The notes beneath the pieces are model-generated. The model made no database searches. It had not been told where the DNA came from and saw nothing but the letters and a program-made list of their open reading frames with translations. This document shows, one piece after another, positions 24,236 through 34,947 of a stretch of 49,556 nt of DNA. The position numbers and the translations under genes were made by a program. Origin of the DNA: Nemertoderma westbladi (lineage: Eukaryota > Animalia > Xenacoelomorpha). The first letter of the stretch is position 1, and every line of letters starts with the position of its first letter. The DNA lies in the NCBI GenBank assembly GCA_032718475.1, contig JAUCBJ010005925.1:1-49556 (forward strand). The letters are read 5' to 3'.

Positions 24236-24841
24236 CCACTATACACCAAGGTGGAACCTAGGTAACATAGGTTGTAACATAGGTTTCTTTGGAATATTTT
24301 ATTGACATTTAAGTAGCATTACAGGTGAGGGGGGGGGGGGGGGGTGGGAACAAAGCAAACGACACACCCTGACTTCATAACTTTAAATACTAACACGTCC
24401 GTGGGTCCTTCGCGCAGCACGAGGCACCAGGCAGTGCCGTTCAACTCGCCCCGTAGTGGCAGACAGAGGAACTGTAGAAGTCTGGACTTGTTTACAATTT
24501 CTAATTCAGCAATGCTCAGGTCACTCCTACCAAAGTTCAGATGAATCTGATCTTTGGTTCTATAATTACAGCTACTTCTACGTTTCTGTCAATTCGCCCC
24601 GTAGCGGCAGACAGATGAACTACAGAAGTCTGTTTCTCCGTAGAATTTCTAAACCTTTGATAGATTACATATATATACCAAGTTAGGTTGCATTTCATCC
24701 ATGATTGACCGCCTTATTAACGTTCAAACACTTCGTGGCTCGCCCCACATGCTGTTGGCTGAAATTTGGACAGCGAACATGGGATAGATGGTTCTTTCAT
24801 ATTATAAGGTTTTTATGATTGGAGTTGTACATCATAGTTAA

Positions 24842-25321
24842 CCAGGTCCATTACAGGGGGGGGGGGGGGGGGGGGGGGGGCGTTTTTTTTTATTGAAAAA
24901 CAATAAAATTGTCTAATGATTATTCTTACTGATAGACGTAACCTAAGATACATTGGACAACAATAAATAATATATTAGCTTCTGCAGGATTTTATGCTCT
25001 TTCAAATGGTACATTATAATTATGGTGTGTCTAATGTTATTGTTTTAGTTTTGGCCACTTTTAGAGATTTTGACCCTTATATGTTTTTAGGAATGAAATG
25101 GAAATTATTTTGAATCTTTGCGAGAATCTTATCTACAACTTTGGAGGTTTATTGAAAAAGCCACATAAGAGTCGGTACCAAAAATACCCGAGGGGACAAA
25201 AACGGCGAAAATCTTAAAATAAAAGTCAGAGGAACTCCCTGACTTTTTCTCAGATTTACAAAAACGGATGTAGCTATTATAGCGGGACCCCCCCCCCCCC
25301 CTCCCCTTGGGGTAGATAGGG
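24842..25321. mobile_element. piggyBac-like (TTAA) non-autonomous element
   Basis: Flanked by TTAA at 24838-24841 and 25322-25325. Ends are CC... and ...AGGG. A poly-G tract near the left end mirrors a poly-C tract near the right end. TIR match is otherwise poor. Confidence 0.45.
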
Positions 25322-26156
25322 TTAAAACCAAATTGTTTATGATTATGTTGGATATTTTATATTATTTATTATAATTAATGAGATTTATAAAAAAGATGAC
25401 GATTAATGACGATTAGACTCTCGACAGTCTACAGGGGTCTACCAAGTTTAGTTTAATTTAATCAAAGATTGTCTGAGTTATTAGCCTTCGAACATTTTCC
25501 GACAAAGAGACCGACTGACAAACCGACAATTGTTGAAACAACGGCAACAATATGCTAGGCTCGCCCCAAATCTGACCAAACAATATGTTGAATAATTCGG
25601 GAAAGGAAACCATCAAACCAATTAACAAACACGGTACTACTATACACTCCATTGTGGGTGTTATTTTTTATTAATTTGGAAAAGTTGACACATAAATATC
25701 TACCATAATATATTCATGTTTATAAGTATGAAAAATTATCGTTTACTAATAAACGTTATAGTCATAGTAAAAAAATATACACACCGAATAAATAAAGATA
25801 TAAATCTACCAGCAGCCTAGCCTGCACTCATAATATAAACCATGGACTAATCAATGGTGTAAGTGGTACACAGCATTACCTTAAAATACAATGATTATAA
25901 TTTAATATGGGTATATTTTACGTTGAACAAGTACTTTAAATTAAACAGGACTTTGGTGCACAAATAGCAGACATTCAATAGAATAAATAGCATTCAATCG
26001 AATATATCATTCAGCATATAGTCCAAGTCATTATAGATATTGTCAAGATATTCATTCCAAGAAGACCAAAATTATGACAGTCAACCTAGACAGCCCTCAA
26101 GAAATGTCTGATCGTAAGGGCATAAACTCTAAAGGACGGCTTGCTTCAGCACGTGG

Positions 26157-26543
26157 ATGACTTCTGCTACTTGGGATCAAGGATCAGAAAGACCTTCACT
26201 TCAGATACGTAAGGGGAAGGCATCGTTAAATATTCTGTCCAGGATTTGGAAGTCCCATAGAATAAAACGGAACCTTAAGGTCCGATTATTTAGAGCAGCA
26301 GTAGTACCAGTACACTTATATGGGAGTCCATGCTGGGCTCTAACTGCTGAGGACACCAAATCTCTGGATGGCACATTCACAAGAATGCTACGCCGGGTTT
26401 ATTGTGTCAAGTACAATGCACACATCTCCAACCAGACACTATATAATGTTGGAGGTTTCTCATTGGTTTCCCCAAGCTTGAGACTAGAACCAAGTCGCCT
26501 CCGCTTTGCAGGACATTGCTTTCGCCATTTTCGGCATTTTTAA
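26157..26543 (+). mobile_element. RTE-clade LINE ORF2 C-terminal fragment
   Basis: LSRIWKS..LKVRLFRAAVVPVHLYGSPCWAL..LDGTFTRMLRR..HISNQTLY..RLRFAGHCFR is the typical post-RT region of RTE elements. Confidence 0.85.
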
Positions 26544-27439
26544 TAAATATGTAATATAAATATATATATAATGCAGCTACAATGCAGCATGCCGATCGTA
26601 GTAATGTCATTCAGCATTCAATAGATTAAATAAATAGCAATAGTTTTTCGCTTCAATTACTTTTAGAGTTGTTCATTAGAAGTCCTGTTTAAATTACATA
26701 TTTATTTTGGGTATTCAAAATATAATATATGGAACGGAGCACCAATAAGGAGTAATTGAAATACCACACGAAATATTTGAATTTCTCCCCTATGAGGAAA
26801 ATGTTTGGAAGATGCCATGTGCGATAGAAGTTTGCTTCATAAATTATTACGGAATATCTAACTACATTTAGCTTTAATACAAAATATCAATTAAAAACAA
26901 ATACAATGTAAAGAGCTACAAAAATAATTTATACCACTGTATTCGTCAAATAAAGATATCGGATAATTTTCTCTCAAAATTGGTAATTTCATTATAATTT
27001 TGAAATTGATGGAAAAAATAACTTTTTCACTATTTTTATGTGAAAATTGGTGTAAAATATATTTTTCCACCAATTATCAGAGAAAAATTAAAAAACGGTT
27101 CGTTTCCACCAATTTAAAATTTATAGTGAAATTACCAATTTTTAGAGAAAATTAGTCAATATCATTGTTGTTATTGTGGCCCAATGTTGATTTGAGGAAA
27201 CAATAATGTACAATTTTACCAATTGTAATAATATTAATGACAACTCCCTATCCCTCATGACTTTCGCGAGATTATCCGCATCTTCCAAACAGGTGATGGG
27301 CTGTCCACCATTCTTATTCACTCCATTGGGCTGCCAAAGCATTTAAGTTTTATCCAATCAAAGAGTTTAATAGATTCCAAATCGTTCAATAAACAAGCTT
27401 TTAGAATTGTTGTTAGCTGCGAAATGGGTGAGTGCAAAT

Positions 27440-27749
27440 AAAGGCGATACCTAATCCAGGCCATGGGAGGCCGACCTACTTACTGTCAGACTGTAGTCGG
27501 TACCGGTGGTCACCAGCACTCAACGTGTCTTGTCTAGGATCCGAAAACCGACACTTTATAATTTTGAAACATATTCGATTGTGCAAACTATTGAAAACAA
27601 AAATTGTCTTAAAAGATTCTCTGATAAAAGATAGGATAAGTATTTAAATTTGGTAATCAAATGGTACGCACTTCTATGGTTCCTAACGGTTCTACAAAGT
27701 CGGCTTCCGCTAATTTTGCATGTCATGGCCTGTATTAGGAATCGCCTTG
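27440..27749. mobile_element. 310-bp MITE with 8-bp TSD (P-element- or hAT-like)
   Basis: TIRs AAGGCGATACCTAATCCAGGCCATG / CATGGCCTGTATTAGGAATCGCCTTG. Direct repeat GTGCAAAT at 27432-27439 and 27750-27757. Confidence 0.85.
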
Positions 27750-28867
27750 GTGCAAATACATACGGACCAGAACAAAATCATATTTGCAAAAAGTACAAGC
27801 AGTTTTATATTCCAAAATTGTAAAATTGCGGCACTGCTGCTGATGAAAAAACTGCATAACAAACTTTCGTTTAAAGAAAAGTAAAATATGTTTGATGAAA
27901 CGTTTTATTTATTTATGGTGAAATATTTACTAAATTTAAATAAATTGGATTGTAAAATACAATAGACGTCGTCAGTTTATAAATTATAATAACCCTGTAA
28001 GAAGCACTAAGTTACGAAATCCGAACCCCGGACTGGCGCAGACAGAGTGAAAAAAAAAACGTTAACCTTAACTTTAACTTAATTTTTATTAAAACTTCGC
28101 GAAAATCCAAAATTGGTAAGATAATGATTACCAATTTAGGTAAAAATTTATCAGGGATGTTCTAATACTCGTTCAAGGTTTACATTTTATATTCCACACC
28201 AACCGGAAGTGAAATCTGTAACCTGCTCCTTTCTCTTAACGTTTTAAACTAAATTTAATTACCTTTACCTTAGTAGGGCACTTGAGTTCAGAAATGGAAT
28301 ATTATATTTCTCAAGGTTTATCCAAGAGCAACAAACAGGGAAAAGTGACGGGGAAATGTATCAAATGTAATAAATAATAACCTCGTCTCACAACTCAAAG
28401 GATAAATTTTATATGATGGAAGTTGATCTCGACAGCTTAATGTGATAAAGTAGCAAATATTATTGAGACGTTCTGGAAATTTTTTCACTCTATCTGAGCA
28501 CTACTGGGGATAAACTGGGAATAAAAAACGAATATTATGATCCTAAAATAATATAATTGTGACATAAAATTATTTGAATGAAAACTAGGATAACGTATCT
28601 ACATGAAAATCGGCATGAAACAAGCGGATCGAAGCGAATAAAACTAAAATAAATCTAATTAAATTAAATAATTTACACAAAACAAAAGAGTTGAGACAAT
28701 ATAAAAAGCGGTGGTACCACGGTAGTGTGAGTACCTAGGAGCGTGCACGCGCATTGCAGCCAACTTTAAGTATTTCAGAGTAAGAGATTTGCATAGGTAA
28801 ATAACTAGTTATTAATATGAAATATTCACAACACCGAACATGGAAACGAAACTCAACCAATTATCAG

Positions 28868-29091
28868 ATATTATCGCCCTTATTAATTATCACCCATATT
28901 ATCGCCCTTATTAATTATCACCCATATTATCGCCCTTATTAATTATCACCTATATTATCGCCCTTATTAATTATCACCTATATTATCGCCCTTATTAATT
29001 ATCACCTATATTATCGCCCTTATTAATTATCACCTATATTATCGCCCTTATTAATTATCACCTATATTATCGCCCTTATTAATTATCACCT
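28868..29091. repeat. 28-bp tandem repeat (8 copies) spanning the EXT1 stop codon
   Basis: TATTATCGCCCTTATTAATTATCACCYA x8. On the minus strand the first unit is GGT GAT AAT TAA, the last codons and stop of EXT1. Confidence 0.95.
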
Positions 29092-29502
29092 TGCTCAGCG
29101 TGACGATAGCGTTTTCTATAGATAGAAACGTTATCCATAAACAAAACAGGGTCCAATTTAAACTGAGACTTTCTGAGCGGCATATATCCGTAATGTGACA
29201 CAAACTTCCTGAGACAACCCTGTTTTAAATGGAAGGTTCTAGAAGTTTCCGCTATCTGCCACGTAGACCGCTGTTTAACCAATGAGTAATGATGAATTCG
29301 ACTAAGGACTTTGATTGGCGGTTGTTGAGTTGTATCGGCTATCATCATATTAAATAGCAATGAATGGCATTGGTTCTCGTTGTCAGCTAATTCAATAAGT
29401 TTAGGTGACAGATAATGGTTGTACATGTATCCATAGTAACGGTGGTAAAACGCCCCAGATGTCTCGATAATAGAATATTCATTTGACAGTTGCGATGTGT
29501 AT
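29079..29502 (-). CDS. EXT1: Exostosin-1, last coding exon (C-terminal GT64 part)
   Basis: Acceptor tatttcAG|A at 29503/29502 (phase 2, AG|A = Arg). Encodes YTSQLSNEYS..YHRYY..PPIKV..GYMPL..LDPVLF.DNVSIYRKRYR, matching the EXT1 C-terminus. Confidence 0.93.
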
Positions 29503-29899
29503 CTGAAATAGAAGATAATTCTGGATGAGAAATTAAAATCTAACAGCTTATTAAACTCCATGCACAATAAATATCTTATTCACACCAAAATACAGAAACT
29601 CACAGACATCAAACACAAAACTACTGAAAACTAGACTGAAATTTACTAAAACTTCACCCTCACTAAATTTGCGTTAACAACAATAAATAGAAACACAATA
29701 AATAATTAATTAGATGGAATCCAAACAAACCGAACAGTTTGGTTACATTCGAATATTCGAAACTCCAGATCGACAAGGATGAAAATAATGATACCCATAG
29801 TACGGCTCGCCTTACTTTAAGGCTCGCCCCACTCGAAAGCTGATCATAAAACAATATAAAATAATAATAATTAATAGATTAGAACCATTACTCACGTAC

Positions 29900-31608
29900 C
29901 TCCAGTTATTATTCCTGTAATCCCAATAGAAATCCCTCGAAACGAACCCGACCAAACGCTGCGGGAATTCCAACCAAACGTTGAAGGCGAAATCCACCTC
30001 GTCGGTGGTGAAGGAGGAATCGTCGTCCAACGAGAGCACAGCCGGATAGCCGTCGGTCGCCCGGACTCCCGCGGGATAGAAACGGCCGGGGGCGGACGCG
30101 TTAGCGACGGTCTCTATGGTAACCGGGACCCGGAGACCCAGCCACAACGACTCGATTGGCCGTCTCTCCGCGCTCCACAGAATAACGACTCCTTTACAGT
30201 GGGAACTCAACGCCACGTTGGTTAACAATCGATAGGAAGACGAGGATTTGGAGGATAAACCCCGACGAATCGATATAACCGCGATGAAACCGGATCGAGG
30301 GACCTCTAGCGAGATCAAAGGGAAGTCGTTTAGATTGTCTGAGTATCCCGGTAGATGGCGCAACCCTCCCGCTACCGAGGTCCACACGGCCGGAGGCGCG
30401 GTCTCCGTGACAACCCGCTGTCGGAGGATCTCGAGGGTCGTATCGACGATTGCCTCCACGGAGGAGAAGTAATTCCTCCAGTAGCGAAACGACTGCTCCT
30501 CCAGTTCGAGAACGCGTCGACGCGGAATCCCGCGGAGCAACGAGGGAGTCTGCAGGAGGAGTCGCTCCTCGACGACGACGGAGGCGAGACTCCAGTCGAG
30601 GAGTTCCGAGAACGGGAGGACCCAGCCGTCGGCGGCGACGACGGGAACGCAACCGGCGGCGAGGGACTCGGTGAACCGGAACGAGGCGAGTCGCCGCCCC
30701 CGCGGGACCAGACAGAAGCTCGAGTTACCTAGCAACGCGTCGAACTCGTAGGCGTCGTAGTCGCGTTGGTCTGCGTCGCAACGGGAGTCGGCGTGGGCGC
30801 GCCACTGCTTCCCGTGGCGACACGTGGTCACCAGGACGACGTCGACGCCGTTGTGCAGCTGGTGCAGGAGGTCCCGAGACGCCGAACCGATTCCGTACAG
30901 GTAGCGCTTCCCTTTAAACGCGAGTAGGATGCGGCGCCGAGCGGCGCGCCGGCCGGACGACAGGCCGGCGCGCTGCGGTAGGTCCGCCGTCACCAGGGGC
31001 AACGACACGTCGAACCCCCGGCGGTAGGCCTCCGAGCTGAAACTCGCTTTAGCGAGGATCGCAGCGCCCGCGGGGAAGTCCATGGACTCGTCGTAGTCGG
31101 GCCAGGTCCCCGCGAACATGTTGAACAGCAGGTGGTTCCGGCCGGAGTTCCAATGGGGGAGCGAAGCAAGCGTGTCCCCGAGTCGGGGCGAGAAGTTTGG
31201 GCTGAGTGGGTCGCGGTCCACTGGATCCACCGAGGGGACCAGCAGACACGCCTCCCGCGGATCCGCCGTGTAGTACCGACTACCCCGCACCGCCGCCAGT
31301 ATCTTGGCGTACAGCGGTGAGACTTTAGCGCCCTCCACCGGTGGGTACACGTACACACGGAAACCACGTCGTTGGCATGGTAACCAGTCGAAACAGTTTG
31401 ACATCCCGCAGCGAGCGGCGCCGTTGGATCGGCGAGTACGCGGCTCTCCGCTAAGGGGCGACCCATAGCTAGAGAAGTCTGACAACCGAACGGACGGGGT
31501 TATTGCGCCACGCGAGATGTAGTCTCTGAGCAATGACGTCACCAGGTACGTGGCGACGAGAAGGAAAACAACAGCTATTAGGTATATATAGCGGTAGACT
31601 ATCTGCAT
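29900..31608 (-). CDS. EXT1: Exostosin-1 (heparan sulfate co-polymerase, ttv-like), first coding exon; spliced protein ~710 aa
   Basis: N-terminal type II TM segment. GT47 motifs WNSGRNHLLFN..GTWPDY, FKGKRYLYGIGS, TTCRHGK.W, FCLVPRGRRLASFRF are EXT1-type. GT64 LSLDDD and DFAF.VW..FP.RLVG present. Donor AG|GTACGT at 29900/29899; intron 29503-29899 (397 bp). Confidence 0.96.
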
Positions 31609-33253
31609 TAATGCGACGACAAACCAACAGCTGTTTATTGGAGAAGCCGACGCGCAATACGAAATTTACCAACATTTATTAGAGATTTGAGTTTATAGAG
31701 ATTCAAACAGCAGTTAAATCAACCAAAACCCAATCTGAAGAAAAAAAGTGATCAATTATATTTATCATTCATTATGTTTATTACAATATATACTATTAAC
31801 TATTAACTAACTATTATAAGTACAATATAGGCCTATTTAAATAATTATAGTAGTAGTGCAACAAACTGGCTGGAAAAGTATAAAACAAACAACAATCACG
31901 AATAATAAACAAAAAATAGAAACAGTCATAAACGACCGATTAGAACATTAAATAAGAAAATTCCTAATAATTTACGTAAAAAATAAATCCTTTACAGAAC
32001 TTGAGGGAATGAAATAAGTAAAAAAAAAAAAATAGTATAACAAAATAATATCAGTTCATTTAAAATGCTAATTATAATCAGATAATTTTAGAAAAAAATA
32101 ACAATAAAAATTATAAACAGCAAAATGAATACAATGTGATGTTACTGTTAATGTAATGTGATGGAATGTTACTGTATTCTATATAACTTATATTATTAGT
32201 TCAAAATTCCATTAAATTGTGGTTAAAGAAAACCGCGAATAAATAAAAAAATTTACACATATAAACACATAGTTTTCTTTTGTATACAAGAGAACACAGT
32301 AGACAATAGTTACCAACAATGTCTGTAGGACACTGGACACCGCATAGATACATAGGGATATCAGGATTTTGTTATCATGATAAAATAGTTTTAAACAAAC
32401 AAGATATTAACGTTTTGATATTGACTAAAACTGATATACAATACTCTAATAGTTAATGTATGACAGGCAGTAATTGTATAATTAACGTTAAACTTAATGA
32501 CGTTGTTTGTGTTCGTGGAATAACCTCAATATAATAATAATAGCACAATAAACGGGCTAAAAAAGGCTGACAACTTTCTAGGAGTGGTTGAGTGAGTGTA
32601 TACCACGGTCAATCTACTCTCCTTAATGTCCGGAGCGAACAAAAGGTAGTACGGAGAGAGGCCAGCCACACACAGGGCCCAATATACAGGGGACATTTGA
32701 TTGGCGGGGGGGCGAGAGCAGTATACAGTAAACGTAACGACATAGTGTGGGGGGGGGGGGGGGGGGGGGTAACAGCACACAAAGAGAAAGGAGAGGTTCG
32801 GTGCCAAAGTGTAGGAGGATAGCAAGTGGACGATGCGTCGGGAAATTACTTTAAACTATTCGTGAAAAAAAAACAGCAGGACAAGTTATGTAACTTGGAA
32901 TCTCTTTGTTATATAAAGTCGTCGATGGGTTGATGGTGGGGGTTGTAGTAACTCGAATGTACAGTTTTGTGTGTTACAGTACGAGTACAGGAGTACAACT
33001 CCAAAATGCAAAGTAATATCCGTTTGGGCCCATTACTATTATGAAGTCGTCTTATCTTAAAGAACCCCCGTTATCACAGAAGCGGGTATAGCATATACGA
33101 AACTAGAGTAATATACAATTAATTGGCTGTAAGTTTGTCGATTGGTGTTTGTAAAACAAACTATTGTGTGAGACAAGGTTTCACCGCATTGTGTTTCCTT
33201 TCAGTGGCAGAAAGAAATCGCGACTTACGTATAAACAAATTGATTTGAGCGCA

Positions 33254-33447
33254 TCAGGCTCTAAGCTGGTCACAGAAAGCGTTTACAGTTCGTACAGCCT
33301 CTATTGCTGTGTAGGGGTAGGCGTATGCCGCGACCAGCACACCGTAAGGTAACTGGGTAACGACTAAACCCTCCCGGTTGGCGTCACTCGTTGCGTAGCA
33401 ACTGTATCGAGATTTATTGTAGATATGGAATCTGATACTTGGTGAAC
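33254..33447 (-). CDS. Divergent profilin-like protein, terminal exon
   Basis: Acceptor tttttgtgatttAG|GT (phase 1). Encodes (G)SPSIRFHIYNKSRYSCYATSDANREGLVVTQLPYGVLVAAYAYPYTAIEAVRTVNAFCDQLRA*, matching the profilin C-terminal strand-strand-helix pattern. Confidence 0.72.
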
Positions 33448-33629
33448 CTAAATCACAAAAATTATAATACTGAAAGAAAATAACCCATATAAAATATAAA
33501 TAATTCAAAAGACGATAACATTCAATGTAATATAATAGACGAGTAATTACGCCTATAATATTAACATTATCATAAATTATTCATGGACGTCCCAGCATCA
33601 CATATTCCGCGCGGATCCTTGCAGAGTCA

Positions 33630-33860
33630 ATGAGTAATGTAGAACTTAATCATCTTGATGTCTATTATCAAAAGGCTCTTCGTGGTTTATTATTCCTGGG
33701 ACCCTACACTAGTAACTCCATTCTATACGACAATACGACTGTTAGGATGTCGTCCGATTACCGACGAAATCTTACGGGATTGTGCAGGAATAATTCGGAG
33801 AATTCCTCAATGTCCAAACTTCTTCTTGCAGACCTCACTTCGATCCTGCATGCGTCATAA
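33630..33860 (+). mobile_element. Degenerate non-LTR retrotransposon ORF2 C-terminal fragment
   Basis: LDVYYQKALRGLLFLGPYTSNSILY resembles the 'l...q.k.lR.il..p..tsn..ly' motif found after LINE RT domains. Confidence 0.45.
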
Positions 33861-34291
33861 TATTCACCGTAGGGCTTGGTTCTTGGTTCAACCTTCGAAA
33901 AGTGTGGACTTAGTAACTACGCTGTGCCAAGCATAAACTTGTAAATACAACTCGAACTCAATATTAGGTCGACTGGACCTAATATTTATCCAGCATTGTG
34001 AACTTCTTCAACTTATACGGGCAATTTGTATATCATGCTGGGAAACACGAACAGTATTTTATCTGTATCATTGAATCGCTTTTAGTGGCGGTGTGCTGAG
34101 CTGCTGTCCCTCGGCACTGGAGACTCAATCGTCTATAATCGATGTAGAATTTATATTTTATGGTGCTTTTATTTTGTTTTGCGGACCGAGACCTACCAGA
34201 ATGTTACATATTTATATCGGCGCAATTTTATGTTTATGCACAACTACCGGGAAATTTTATCTTGATACCGGCTTGTCCGGGTTTTATGAAA

Positions 34292-34532
34292 TAAAAAAAA
34301 AAAAAGCAAACAGTCGGCTGAAGCCGGAGGCGACCCGAAGGCTCCACTTTCGATAGCTGCTACCCGAGGGTAGGGGTGGGCGCTACTCCTATCCCAAGAT
34401 TTGCTCCCAGTTATTTAACTGGTACTCATTTTATCGACCCCAGTGGATGAAAGGCTGAGTGGACCCTGGCGGGGCTGAACCTAAAACCAATAGATTGCAG
34501 GCCCGGCGCTCAACCAACTGAGCTACCCCGCC
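34292..34532 (-). mobile_element. Full-length tRNA-derived SINE with conserved central domain
   Basis: Head GGCGGGGTAGCTCAGTTGGTTGAGCG..GGTTCAGCCCCGCC (A-box, degenerate B-box). Central CACTCAGCCTTTCATCC..GGTCGATAAAATGAGTACCAG is of the kind shared by widespread animal SINE families. Tail ends in a T-run. Confidence 0.8.
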
Positions 34533-34573
34533 GTTAGTGGTTTTAAAAGCTATTAAATTTAATTGAAAACATT

Positions 34574-34947
34574 AAGGGAAAGGAGCAGGTTACAGGGTCG
34601 GTATGTTCTAACCAAAATAATAAACAACCTTCAACCCGTGTCCAATCTTCGCCCGCGTCCAATCTTCGCCCAATAAGATTTGTGTTACTAAGCAGTTTAG
34701 TTACCAATTGAGGGAAAGGAGCAGGTTACAGAGACGGCTTTTTCTAACCAAAATAATAAACGATGTTGTTACCAATTGACGGAAAGGAGCAGGCTATAGA
34801 GGCGGCTTTTTCTAATAAAAAAATAATAATTGTTTAGTGGGCGAAGGTTGCTCGCGGACGAAGGTTACCGCCGGGCGAGTTGCTCATTTTGAGGGCGAAG
34901 ATAGGACGCGGGCGAAGCATTCTCGCAGCGAAGTTTGCTGCGTACCG
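34574..34947. mobile_element. DNA-transposon remnant with subterminal GGGCGAAG repeats
   Basis: CGTCCAATCTTCGCCC-type copies (x2, ~34640-34672) are inverted relative to multiple GGGCGAAG/GGGCGAAGATAGGACG copies (34839-34935). Three AAGGAGCAGGTTACAG..AACCAAAATAATAAAC-type units lie in the same stretch. Confidence 0.5.

Noticed and set aside
29812-29899. ORF-track C-terminus of the 598-aa EXT1 ORF (YVSNGSNLLIIIILY...)
   Set aside because: Read-through into the intron. Homology resumes in the exon at 29502.
30194-31466. Several overlapping Arg/Pro-rich ORFs on both strands
   Set aside because: Shadow frames of the GC-rich EXT1 exon with no recognisable domains.
34460-34532. Functional tRNA gene
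   Set aside because: The B-box and T-arm are degenerate and the sequence continues into a SINE body and tail.
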